The notes under the pieces were generated by a model that was not told the origin of the DNA, searched no databases, and saw nothing but the letters and a program-made list of their open reading frames with translations. Positions 9,397-17,023 of a stretch of 64,000 bases of DNA are shown here, one piece after another. Position 1 is the stretch's first letter, and every line of letters starts with the position of its first letter. The DNA comes from Clostridia bacterium (GTDB lineage: Bacteria; Bacillota; Clostridia; Oscillospirales; Acutalibacteraceae), in contig JAFTCG010000044.1 of the NCBI GenBank assembly GCA_017454815.1, positions 2,507-66,506 of the forward strand, in the 5' to 3' direction. The position numbers were made by a program, and so were the translations under genes.

Positions 9397-10249
9397 AGTC
9401 TAAACCCTTATCCTCCAGGACTTTTTTGAGCGATTTGACCGCCGTGTCAAACGCCTCTTCTTTTGTTTCAAACGTATATTTATGTTTGACTTCCTCGTGC
9501 TGGAGATTTGAAAGCCCCTCAAACACAGTCAGGTGCGGTTCAAGCGTAAGGAAACGGTCTTTGTCCGATTTTGAAGCATAGTCCGCGATTATCTCGGGCA
9601 GTCTTCCGTCACCCTCTCCGGCAGGAACGACCTGTTTTGTTTCTTTGAGCGCGTCTTTGATGTGGAGATATTCAAATCTTCCCTTCAAAAGATTATATGC
9701 ATCAAATGCGTCATGTCCCGTTACGATAAAGTTCGCCGCGTCAAAAACAGCGTCAAGCTCCGGTATGTTTTCAAGAAGGTCTGCGCACTCTTCCGCTCCC
9801 TCGCCGTAAATGTTCGCCTCGTTTTCATGGCAGGGGACAACGCCGTTTTGTCTGCAATAATCAGCCATTTTCCCGACGCGCTCGATGACTTCGTTCCTGT
9901 ACTGCTTTTTGTCCTCACCCTTGGGGATATAAAAGCTGAAAAGGCGGATGAGTTTTGTGTCGTAAACCCCCGCGAGTTCCACAACTTTTTTGACCCATTC
10001 AAAATGCTGAGCAAAGTCGTCCGTAATTTTGATTTTTCCAAGCGGCGATCCGAGAGCGGATACCGTAACGCCGTTTTCGCGGTAGATTTTTGCAAATTCT
10101 TTGGATTCTTCAACGCTGTATGCGTAAGCCGATTTGTTGTTGATGCCTCGCAGCTCGATGAAGCTCATGTTGTTCCTTTTGAGAGCTTCGATCTGCCCCA
10201 TTATTTCGGGAGATGATTCGTCGGCAAAAGCCGTAAGTCTGAATTTCAT
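9389..10249 (-). CDS. Sugar phosphate isomerase/epimerase (xylose-isomerase-like TIM barrel)
   Basis: 286 aa with a typical AP-endonuclease-2/TIM pattern (HENE, HIKD, LEPH). Overlaps the downstream Gfo gene by 8 nt. Confidence 0.75.
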   Translation of the reverse strand: MKFRLTAFADESSPEIMGQIEALKRNNMSFIELRGINNKSAYAYSVEESKEFAKIYRENGVTVSALGSPLGKIKITDDFAQHFEWVKKVVELAGVYDTKLIRLFSFYIPKGEDKKQYRNEVIERVGKMADYCRQNGVVPCHENEANIYGEGAEECADLLENIPELDAVFDAANFIVTGHDAFDAYNLLKGRFEYLHIKDALKETKQVVPAGEGDGRLPEIIADYASKSDKDRFLTLEPHLTVFEGLSNLQHEEVKHKYTFETKEEAFDTAVKSLKKVLEDKGLDYE

Positions 10250-10264
10250 GTTTTTTCCTCCTTG

Positions 10265-11092
10265 TTATACTCCTGAATATGCGGAGAATCCACCGTCTAT
10301 CGGAATTACAACGCCTGTTACAAAGCTCGAAGCCTCATCGTCAAGCAAGAATCTTACCGCGCCCATAAGTTCTTTTGCATCGCCGAAACGTCCCATCGGG
10401 GTCGCGGCAAGGATCTTGCCCGTTCTCGGAGTCGGTGTGCCGTCTTCGTTAAAGAGCAGTTTTTCATTCTGTTTTGTTACGAAAAATCCGGGAGCTATCG
10501 CGTTGACTCTGATTCCCGTGCCGGCAAAGTGTACCGCAAGCCACTGAGTGAAATTGGAGATCGCCGCTTTTGCGCCGCTGTATGCCGGGATCTTTGTCAG
10601 AGGAGTATAGGCGTTCATGGAGGAAATGTTAAGAATACAGCCCTTTTCGTTCTCCGTAAAATCCTGCGCAAAAACCTGCGTCGGGAGAAGCGTTCCGAGG
10701 AAGTTGAGGTTGAAAACGAATCCGACACCCTGCGGATCAAGGTCGAAGAAAGAGACAACGTCCTTGTCCTCGATGTCGCCCTTTTCAAAATATTCTTTCG
10801 TTGTCGTTCCCTTGGGGTTATTACCGCCCGCGCCGTTGATAAGGATGTCGCATTTTCCAAATTTCTTCAAAACCTCTTCGTGAGTTTTTTCAATGCTCTC
10901 GCGGTTGAGGACGTCCGTCTTCAGGGCGATGGCCTCGCCGCCGGCAGCGTTGATCTCGTCGGCGATAGCCTGCGCCGCTTCAAGGTTGATATCGAGAAGT
11001 GCTATCTTGTGGCCGTCCTTTGCAAGCTCCTTTGCAAACCCGCCGCAGAGAACGCCTCCTGCGCCTGTGATTACGATTACTTTTTTATCCAT
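10265..11092 (-). CDS. SDR-family oxidoreductase (UxuB/YjmF-like fructuronate/mannonate oxidoreductase candidate)
   Basis: TGAGGVLCG cofactor motif, NGAGGN, and the Y..K catalytic pair (YSGAKAA). Lies immediately downstream of uxaC. Confidence 0.7.
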   Translation of the reverse strand: MDKKVIVITGAGGVLCGGFAKELAKDGHKIALLDINLEAAQAIADEINAAGGEAIALKTDVLNRESIEKTHEEVLKKFGKCDILINGAGGNNPKGTTTKEYFEKGDIEDKDVVSFFDLDPQGVGFVFNLNFLGTLLPTQVFAQDFTENEKGCILNISSMNAYTPLTKIPAYSGAKAAISNFTQWLAVHFAGTGIRVNAIAPGFFVTKQNEKLLFNEDGTPTPRTGKILAATPMGRFGDAKELMGAVRFLLDDEASSFVTGVVIPIDGGFSAYSGV

Positions 11093-11107
11093 GGTTTTTG
11101 CTCCTCC

Positions 11108-12484
11108 TTAAAGTCCGAGTTTTGTTTTTATGTTTTCGCCGCTGATCTTCTTTGCGGCTTTAACTGCGTTTTCAAACGGCCCGTATTCTCCGCCGTCAAC
11201 TTTTTCAGCGATGAAGCTTGCAAGGATCCTTCTGAAATAGTCGTGCCTTGCATAGGACAGAAAACTCCTTGAATCAGTCAGCATTCCGTAGAATGTGCTG
11301 AGCGAAGCTGTTTCGCTGTAAAGCTGAAGCTGTTCTTTTATTCCGCTGAGATGGTCGCAGAACCACCACGCCGCACCGAGAACTACGTTGCGGAATGAGC
11401 GGATGCCCGTCGCGATCTGATAGTACATCGTCGGGTTGAGCGTGTAAACTATCGTGTCGGGAAGCGCGTTTTCGCTGTCCATTTTGTCAAGCAATGCCGT
11501 CAGCGCGCCGACGGAGAAGGCCTCTCCGACGCAGTCGCCGCCCGCATCCTTGCCGACCGACGCCAGAAGCTTTGAGGACGCGTTCCTCTTGACGGCAAGA
11601 TGAAGCTGCATTATCATCGAGTGTTTTTTGTAAAGCGCCGCAAGGAAGATATATACGTTTGAAATAAACTTGTCAAACTCATCAACTGAAACATCTTCTC
11701 TCGCAAGAACTCTTTTGAACACCTCGTCGGCCTCGCCGTCGGAGCCGATGCAAAGCGGAAATCTCTCGATCCCGACGTCCGTCATCTTGCAGCCGAGCGA
11801 CGCAAAGAAATCAACTCTCTTTTCGAGCGCAGCTTTAAGGCTTTCGAGATCCTTCACCTCAACTCCCGAAACGTCGGAGAGCTTTTTGATGTAGTCGAGA
11901 TAGGTTTTCTCCCTGTACAAAAACAGATTGTCCGTCCTGAACGAGGGGCAAACCTTTGTCTTGAATGATTTGTCCTCACTTATTTTTTTGTGGTATTCAA
12001 GGCTGTCGGTGATATCGTCGGTTGTTGCTATATAAGCAACGTTTGACATTTCGATGAGTTTCCTCGAAGAAAGCTTTTTTTCTTTTATGAGGGCGTTTGC
12101 CTTCTTCCATATTTCGGGCGCGATTTCAGCAGTCAACGGTTCGTTGACGCCGAAAAACTGCTTTAGCTCCATGTGCGTCCAGTGGTAAAGCGGGCTTCCG
12201 ACGGCGCCCTCGATCGCCTCGGCATATTTTTGAAATTTTTCCTCGTAGCTCTTGCCGCCAGTAATATATTCCTCGTCGATCCCAACACTTCTCATCAAGC
12301 GCCATTTATAGTGGTCTGCGCCAAGCCACATTTCGCCGATGTTTTCAAACCTTACGTCCTCGTAGATCTCCTTCGGGGACAGGTGGCAGTGATAGTCGAA
12401 AATGGGCAGATCCTTTATCTGTTCATATATTTTCACCGCTGTTTCTCCGCCCAGAAAAACGTCGTCGCCGTAAAACTTCTTCAT
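11108..12484 (-). CDS. uxaC: Glucuronate isomerase
   Basis: Starts MKKFYGDDVFL...PIFDYHCHLSPKEI, the UxaC signature. The ATG at 12484 has a GGAAAGGA RBS 8 nt upstream, whereas the longer start at 12502 has none. Confidence 0.9.
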   Translation of the reverse strand: MKKFYGDDVFLGGETAVKIYEQIKDLPIFDYHCHLSPKEIYEDVRFENIGEMWLGADHYKWRLMRSVGIDEEYITGGKSYEEKFQKYAEAIEGAVGSPLYHWTHMELKQFFGVNEPLTAEIAPEIWKKANALIKEKKLSSRKLIEMSNVAYIATTDDITDSLEYHKKISEDKSFKTKVCPSFRTDNLFLYREKTYLDYIKKLSDVSGVEVKDLESLKAALEKRVDFFASLGCKMTDVGIERFPLCIGSDGEADEVFKRVLAREDVSVDEFDKFISNVYIFLAALYKKHSMIMQLHLAVKRNASSKLLASVGKDAGGDCVGEAFSVGALTALLDKMDSENALPDTIVYTLNPTMYYQIATGIRSFRNVVLGAAWWFCDHLSGIKEQLQLYSETASLSTFYGMLTDSRSFLSYARHDYFRRILASFIAEKVDGGEYGPFENAVKAAKKISGENIKTKLGL

Positions 12485-12607
12485 TTGTCTATTCCTTTCC
12501 ATGTTATAATGTTCAAAAAAATTTTATCACAATTTTTGTCAAAAAGTATTGAGATATATGCTTGAAATATTGCAAATGTTGCGATATAATAAGCGCAGGT
12601 GATTTTT

Positions 12608-13477
12608 ATGAATAAAGAGGTCCAGCGCGGCGTCAGCGCCGAACTTGCGGACGGGTGCGCATATCATCATTACCGCCAGGACGTTACGCCCTCGATGGGA
12701 TTCCACAGCCACGATGTTTTCGAGTTTTACTTTTTTATCGACGGCAACGTGACCTACTGCATCGAGGAAAAAACGTTTGAACTTATGAGCGGCGACGTTC
12801 TCGTCATTCCTCCGGGAAAGCTTCACAAGCCTTACGTTGCTTCAAACCTGAACTACGAGCGTGCCGTTTTGTCCGTCACGCCCGAACTGCTTTTTTCTTT
12901 GGATAAATCACAGCCGTGTCTTGCAAACGAGATCGGAGACATTTGCAACAAAGGGAGAAATCTGATCAGCCTTCGCGGCAAAAACAAGGAAAGAATAATG
13001 TCTCTGCTTTCCGACATCGACTCGGAAATAAGGCTCGGCGCCGAAAACAGATTTGTCGCTTTTTCCGCGTACATTACTGTTTTGCTCATCAATCTTGTCC
13101 GGCTTGCCAAATCGCAGGAATACTACGGCAAAGGCACATTTGTCAGCGAGAGTATAGTGCCGTCGATCATAGAATATATAAACACACACCTGACAGAGCC
13201 GCTTTCTTCGCAGAGTATTGCAGATGCATTTTTCATCAGCAAATATCACCTTCAGCATATCTTCAAACAATACACAAACGTTTCGCTCTATGACTATATT
13301 TTGTCAAAACGAATTATCTTCGCAAAAGCTCTCATCCGTCAGGGCAAAAGCCTGACCGACGCCTGCTTTGCCTGCGGTTTCAAGGATTATTCCGCGTTCT
13401 ATAAAGCGTTTGTTACAAAAACAGGTATCAGCCCGAAAGGTTTTAAAAACAGCCTCAAATCCTTTGAAAACGCTTGA
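12608..13477 (+). CDS. AraC-family transcriptional regulator (cupin sensor plus HTH)
   Basis: N-terminal cupin (GDVLVIPPGKLH) and C-terminal AraC HTH (SIADAFFISKYHLQHIFK...GFKDYSAFYKAF). Divergent from the uxaC operon. Confidence 0.85.
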   Translation: MNKEVQRGVSAELADGCAYHHYRQDVTPSMGFHSHDVFEFYFFIDGNVTYCIEEKTFELMSGDVLVIPPGKLHKPYVASNLNYERAVLSVTPELLFSLDKSQPCLANEIGDICNKGRNLISLRGKNKERIMSLLSDIDSEIRLGAENRFVAFSAYITVLLINLVRLAKSQEYYGKGTFVSESIVPSIIEYINTHLTEPLSSQSIADAFFISKYHLQHIFKQYTNVSLYDYILSKRIIFAKALIRQGKSLTDACFACGFKDYSAFYKAFVTKTGISPKGFKNSLKSFENA

Positions 13478-13530
13478 TATTTTCCTCTCTTGATAGTATA
13501 ATGTTCCCAGCATTGTTTACGGAGGCAACC

Positions 13531-14256
13531 ATGAAAGAATACGAGAAATACGAACAGATTCTCAAGGAGAAATATCCCTGCCGGATCGAGCTGCATGCGC
13601 ACACCAAGCCGGCGAGCCACTGCGCCGACTTTGAGCCCGAAGAAGTTGTTGAAAAATATGCCGCCAAGGGCTATGACGGCATCGTGATAACGAACCATTT
13701 CCCCGGCGGTTATGAGTACCTCGGGAAAGAGGCTTTTTTTGAACAGTATTTCGGCAACTTTGAGCGCGCTTTCAAAAAAGGCGAAGAGCTTGGGATAAGG
13801 GTCTACCTTGCCGCAGAGCTTCGCTTCACAAAGGACGACGCGCCCGACAACGACTATCTCCTGTACGGCTGCACGAAAGACGATCTTCTCAGATGCTACG
13901 ACCTGATCGATCTCTCTTTTAAAGATTTTGTCAGAACTTTTATCGAGGAGCGCCACACTCTGATCCAGGCGCACCCGATGAGAGCGAACATGGTCGTCTG
14001 CGACAGCGATCTGGTCGACGGCTATGAAAGCTTTAACCTTCACCCAAGCCACAACGCTTCGATCTCCCTTGCGACGAGGCACGCCGACAGGTGCGGTAAG
14101 CTGGTCACCGCCGGAACTGATTTCCATCACCCCGGCCACGAGGGCTGCGCCGCCGTCCGCTTTGCAAAGCTTCCTCAGGACGAAACCGAGCTTGCGGCAA
14201 TGATAAAAGAAAACGATTTTCTCATCGAGATCGAAAACCGCATCCTTATCCCGTAA
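13531..14256 (+). CDS. PHP-domain metal-dependent phosphoesterase
   Basis: ELHAHT...H motif, ITNH and GTDFHH. ATG at 13531 with a GGAGG RBS. Confidence 0.7.
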   Translation: MKEYEKYEQILKEKYPCRIELHAHTKPASHCADFEPEEVVEKYAAKGYDGIVITNHFPGGYEYLGKEAFFEQYFGNFERAFKKGEELGIRVYLAAELRFTKDDAPDNDYLLYGCTKDDLLRCYDLIDLSFKDFVRTFIEERHTLIQAHPMRANMVVCDSDLVDGYESFNLHPSHNASISLATRHADRCGKLVTAGTDFHHPGHEGCAAVRFAKLPQDETELAAMIKENDFLIEIENRILIP

Positions 14257-14345
14257 GAAAGCGCCGTTGACCGAAGGGCAAGATCGGCGGGCGTTATAAG
14301 TCTTTTTGTTTAATAGGAAACGAGCAGTTTCCTTTTAAACAAAAA

Positions 14346-14369
14346 AGAGCCTTGATTTTTCAAGACTCT
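14346..14369 (-). terminator. Terminator downstream of the abrB-like gene
   Basis: Stem AGAGCCTTG / CAAGACTCT with one mismatch, followed by a T-run on the minus strand. A second hairpin GGAAAC/GTTTCC at 14316-14332 serves the plus-strand PHP gene. Confidence 0.5.
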
Positions 14370-14626
14370 TAATCTTCTTTAAGCGAATCGTACAGTTTTT
14401 TGATGCAGTTTTTGCAAACTCGTTTTTTCTCGAATTCCACCACGTCCTCGGAGGAGTTGCAAAACAGGCACTTCTGAGAATACTTTTTGAGCAGTATTCC
14501 GTCGGATTCCAGGAAAAACTCCACCGCGGCGTTGGGATGATCGAGGTCGAACTTCCTTCTGATCTCGATCGGGATAACGAGCCTGCCGAGCTCGTCGATT
14601 TTTCTGATATATCCTAATGTTTCCAT
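14369..14626 (-). CDS. AbrB/MazE/SpoVT-family DNA-binding protein with a C-terminal 4-Cys zinc-ribbon
   Basis: GRLVIPIEIRRKF swapped-hairpin motif, followed by CLFC-x17-CKNC. 85 aa. Confidence 0.75.
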   Translation of the reverse strand: METLGYIRKIDELGRLVIPIEIRRKFDLDHPNAAVEFFLESDGILLKKYSQKCLFCNSSEDVVEFEKKRVCKNCIKKLYDSLKED

Positions 14627-14651
14627 GGCTTTACTCCACCTCTTTTACCTA

Positions 14652-14680
14652 AATATACCATGTTTTCCAAACATTGTCAA
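14652..14680 (-). promoter_or_regulatory. Putative promoter of the abrB-like gene with a palindrome in the spacer
   Basis: Reverse strand reads TTGACA (14675-14680), 17 nt, then TATATT (14652-14657). The spacer holds the inverted repeat ATGTTT-TCC-AAACAT (14660-14674). Confidence 0.45.
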
Positions 14681-14764
14681 CTTGTGTCGAACCAAATATT
14701 TATTTTGACAAAAAACGTCTGATTTAACATTGCTTATCAATACATGATTTTTCGGGGGTTCAAA

Positions 14765-16954
14765 ATGACTCAGCAAGAGATTTTTTCCAATGCAAAATTC
14801 GTAAAGGCGAGCGAAGATTGTCTCTCGCCGTGTTTCCGCTCAACTTTCGAGGGAAAGAAGGGAGAAAAAACCGTTATCACCGTCTGCGGTCTCGGCTTCT
14901 TCAAGCTGTTCATCAACGGGCAGAATCCGACCGAGGATGTTTTTGCTCCCGTCACGAGTTTTTACCACGACTACGACAGGCTTTATTGCAAAACTCAGTT
15001 TGGCGAAGAGCTGTCCTCGCGCATCTATGCGGTGCAATATGACATCACCGATTATGTCAAAGACGGCGTCAACTCCGTCTGCGCCGTTGTCGGCCACGCA
15101 TGGTATTTTAAAGAATACTACGGAGATTGCGTTCTTTGCTACAAGATTGAATGCGGCGGGAGAGAGTTCTTCTCCGGCTCCGACGTGAAATGGCTTGACA
15201 GCCCGCTGATCCTCAACAAGGACAAAAAGCTGGAGGACACGTTTTACCAGTTCAAGCGCGGCGAAACGCACGACTACACAAAGCACAATTATGACGGCGC
15301 GTGGATCCTGCCCGACTTCAACGACGCAGGCTGGAAGAACGTCGTCGAAACCGAGCTTCCAGAAACGGAATATTACATCCAGGATTGTCCCACCGACAGG
15401 ATAATCCGCTCCATAGAGCCGAAGCTCATAAAAAAGACCGATGAATACAGCGTCTTCGATTGCGGCGAAAACACGACCGGATGGTATATCTTCAAGTGCG
15501 GCAAATACGGCGAAAAAGTCACGGTCGAGGTCGGCGAGCTTCTCGACGAAAACAACGATCTCGAATTTGAACACACCTGGGATCAGCTTTCGCAGTATAT
15601 ATGCGACGGCTCCGACAGAGAATATCACCCGCTTTTCACATGGCAGGGTTTCCGATATGTGAAAATCACTAACAACGCGCAACTTATTCGCTGTGACGTG
15701 ATCCATACTCCCGCCAAAAAGCTGTCCTCATTCAAGTGCGAAAACGAAGTCCTCAACTGGTTTTATGAAGCATACATGAGAACGCAGATCTGCAGCTTCC
15801 ACGCAGGCATCCCCTCCGACTGTCCGCATATCGAACGGCTCGGCTACACGGGCGACGGCCAGTTGACAAGCGAAACGGCGATGATAAATTATGAGATGAA
15901 GAAATTCTACCTCAAATGGATGGAGGACATTTCTGACTGCCAGGACAAAAAATCAGGCAACGTCCAATATTGCGCGCCCTTCTGGAAATGCGGCGGCGGT
16001 CCCGGCGGATGGGGTTGCGCCATAGTCGAAGTACCATATCAGTACTACAAGGTTTACGGCGACGGCGAGCCGCTGAAAAAATATTTTCCGCAGATCCTGA
16101 AATACTTTGAATACATGGACGACCATAGCGAAGACGGTATCGTCGTCAGAGGTCAACCCGGGCAGTGGTTCCTCGGCGAATGGTGCGTTCCCCACGCTCC
16201 GGACGTAAAGCGTGAGCCGGATGTTCCCGACTCCTTCGTCAACACCTACTTTTACGTCCGTTCGATCGACCGTATTCTTGAAACGGCGGAAAAGCTCGGT
16301 TTCGGCGATCACGTTGAAAAGCTTGCCCGGACGAGGAAAAATGTTGCCGACGCTCTGGTCAGAAACTTCTTTGACGAAAAAACGGGCGATTTTTGTAACA
16401 ACGACAATTGCGCCAACGTCTTCGCGATCGATCTCGGGCTCGGCGACGAGAGGACTTTCGACAACCTTGTGAAATACGTTTCGTCCTCGCCAATCAACAC
16501 GGGCATTTTCGGAACCGACCTCGTTGCAAAGATCTTGTTTGAAAGAGGTCTGGGCGAAATCGAAACGGAGATCCTCTCCCGAACGGAATGCCCCTCCTTT
16601 GGCTTCATGATGAAAAACGGCGCAACGACCATCTGGGAAGAATGGCAGAACACGCGTTCGATGTTCCACCCGATGTTCGGCAGCACTGTCAAGTATCTGC
16701 AGTTCTATCTTCTTGGCATCAGGCAGAGCAAAGACTCCTGCGGTTTTGAAAAAATAACGGTTGACCCGAAGCCGAACAAGCTCTCCGGCGACGTTGAAGG
16801 TCACCTTGAATTCGACTTCGGAAAAGTCAGCGTCAAAACCGATATGAAAAACAAAACCGCAACGGTCGAAGTCCCCTCCGGCGCAAACGTCTTTGCTTTT
16901 GAAGACGGGAAAGAATACCGGCTGAATGAAGGGAAAAATATAATAAGAATTTAA
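14765..16954 (+). CDS. GH78 alpha-L-rhamnosidase family protein
   Basis: DCPHIERLGYTGDGQ motif (GH78 DCPxRE(R/K)xGWxGD). About 730 aa with the six-hairpin C-terminal region. Start MTQQEIF follows a GGGGG RBS. Confidence 0.8.
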   Translation: MTQQEIFSNAKFVKASEDCLSPCFRSTFEGKKGEKTVITVCGLGFFKLFINGQNPTEDVFAPVTSFYHDYDRLYCKTQFGEELSSRIYAVQYDITDYVKDGVNSVCAVVGHAWYFKEYYGDCVLCYKIECGGREFFSGSDVKWLDSPLILNKDKKLEDTFYQFKRGETHDYTKHNYDGAWILPDFNDAGWKNVVETELPETEYYIQDCPTDRIIRSIEPKLIKKTDEYSVFDCGENTTGWYIFKCGKYGEKVTVEVGELLDENNDLEFEHTWDQLSQYICDGSDREYHPLFTWQGFRYVKITNNAQLIRCDVIHTPAKKLSSFKCENEVLNWFYEAYMRTQICSFHAGIPSDCPHIERLGYTGDGQLTSETAMINYEMKKFYLKWMEDISDCQDKKSGNVQYCAPFWKCGGGPGGWGCAIVEVPYQYYKVYGDGEPLKKYFPQILKYFEYMDDHSEDGIVVRGQPGQWFLGEWCVPHAPDVKREPDVPDSFVNTYFYVRSIDRILETAEKLGFGDHVEKLARTRKNVADALVRNFFDEKTGDFCNNDNCANVFAIDLGLGDERTFDNLVKYVSSSPINTGIFGTDLVAKILFERGLGEIETEILSRTECPSFGFMMKNGATTIWEEWQNTRSMFHPMFGSTVKYLQFYLLGIRQSKDSCGFEKITVDPKPNKLSGDVEGHLEFDFGKVSVKTDMKNKTATVEVPSGANVFAFEDGKEYRLNEGKNIIRI

Positions 16955-16973
16955 CGCTTTTTGTACAAAAATT

Positions 16974-17013
16974 GCCGTGCTTCCGCTGAAGGAAACACGG
17001 CTTTTGTTTTTTT
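16974..17013. terminator. Bidirectional terminator between GH78 and clpC
   Basis: Stem GCCGTGCTTCC / GGAAACACGGC with a 6-nt loop. T-runs on both strands. Confidence 0.7.
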
Positions 17014-17023
17014 GGATTGACCT

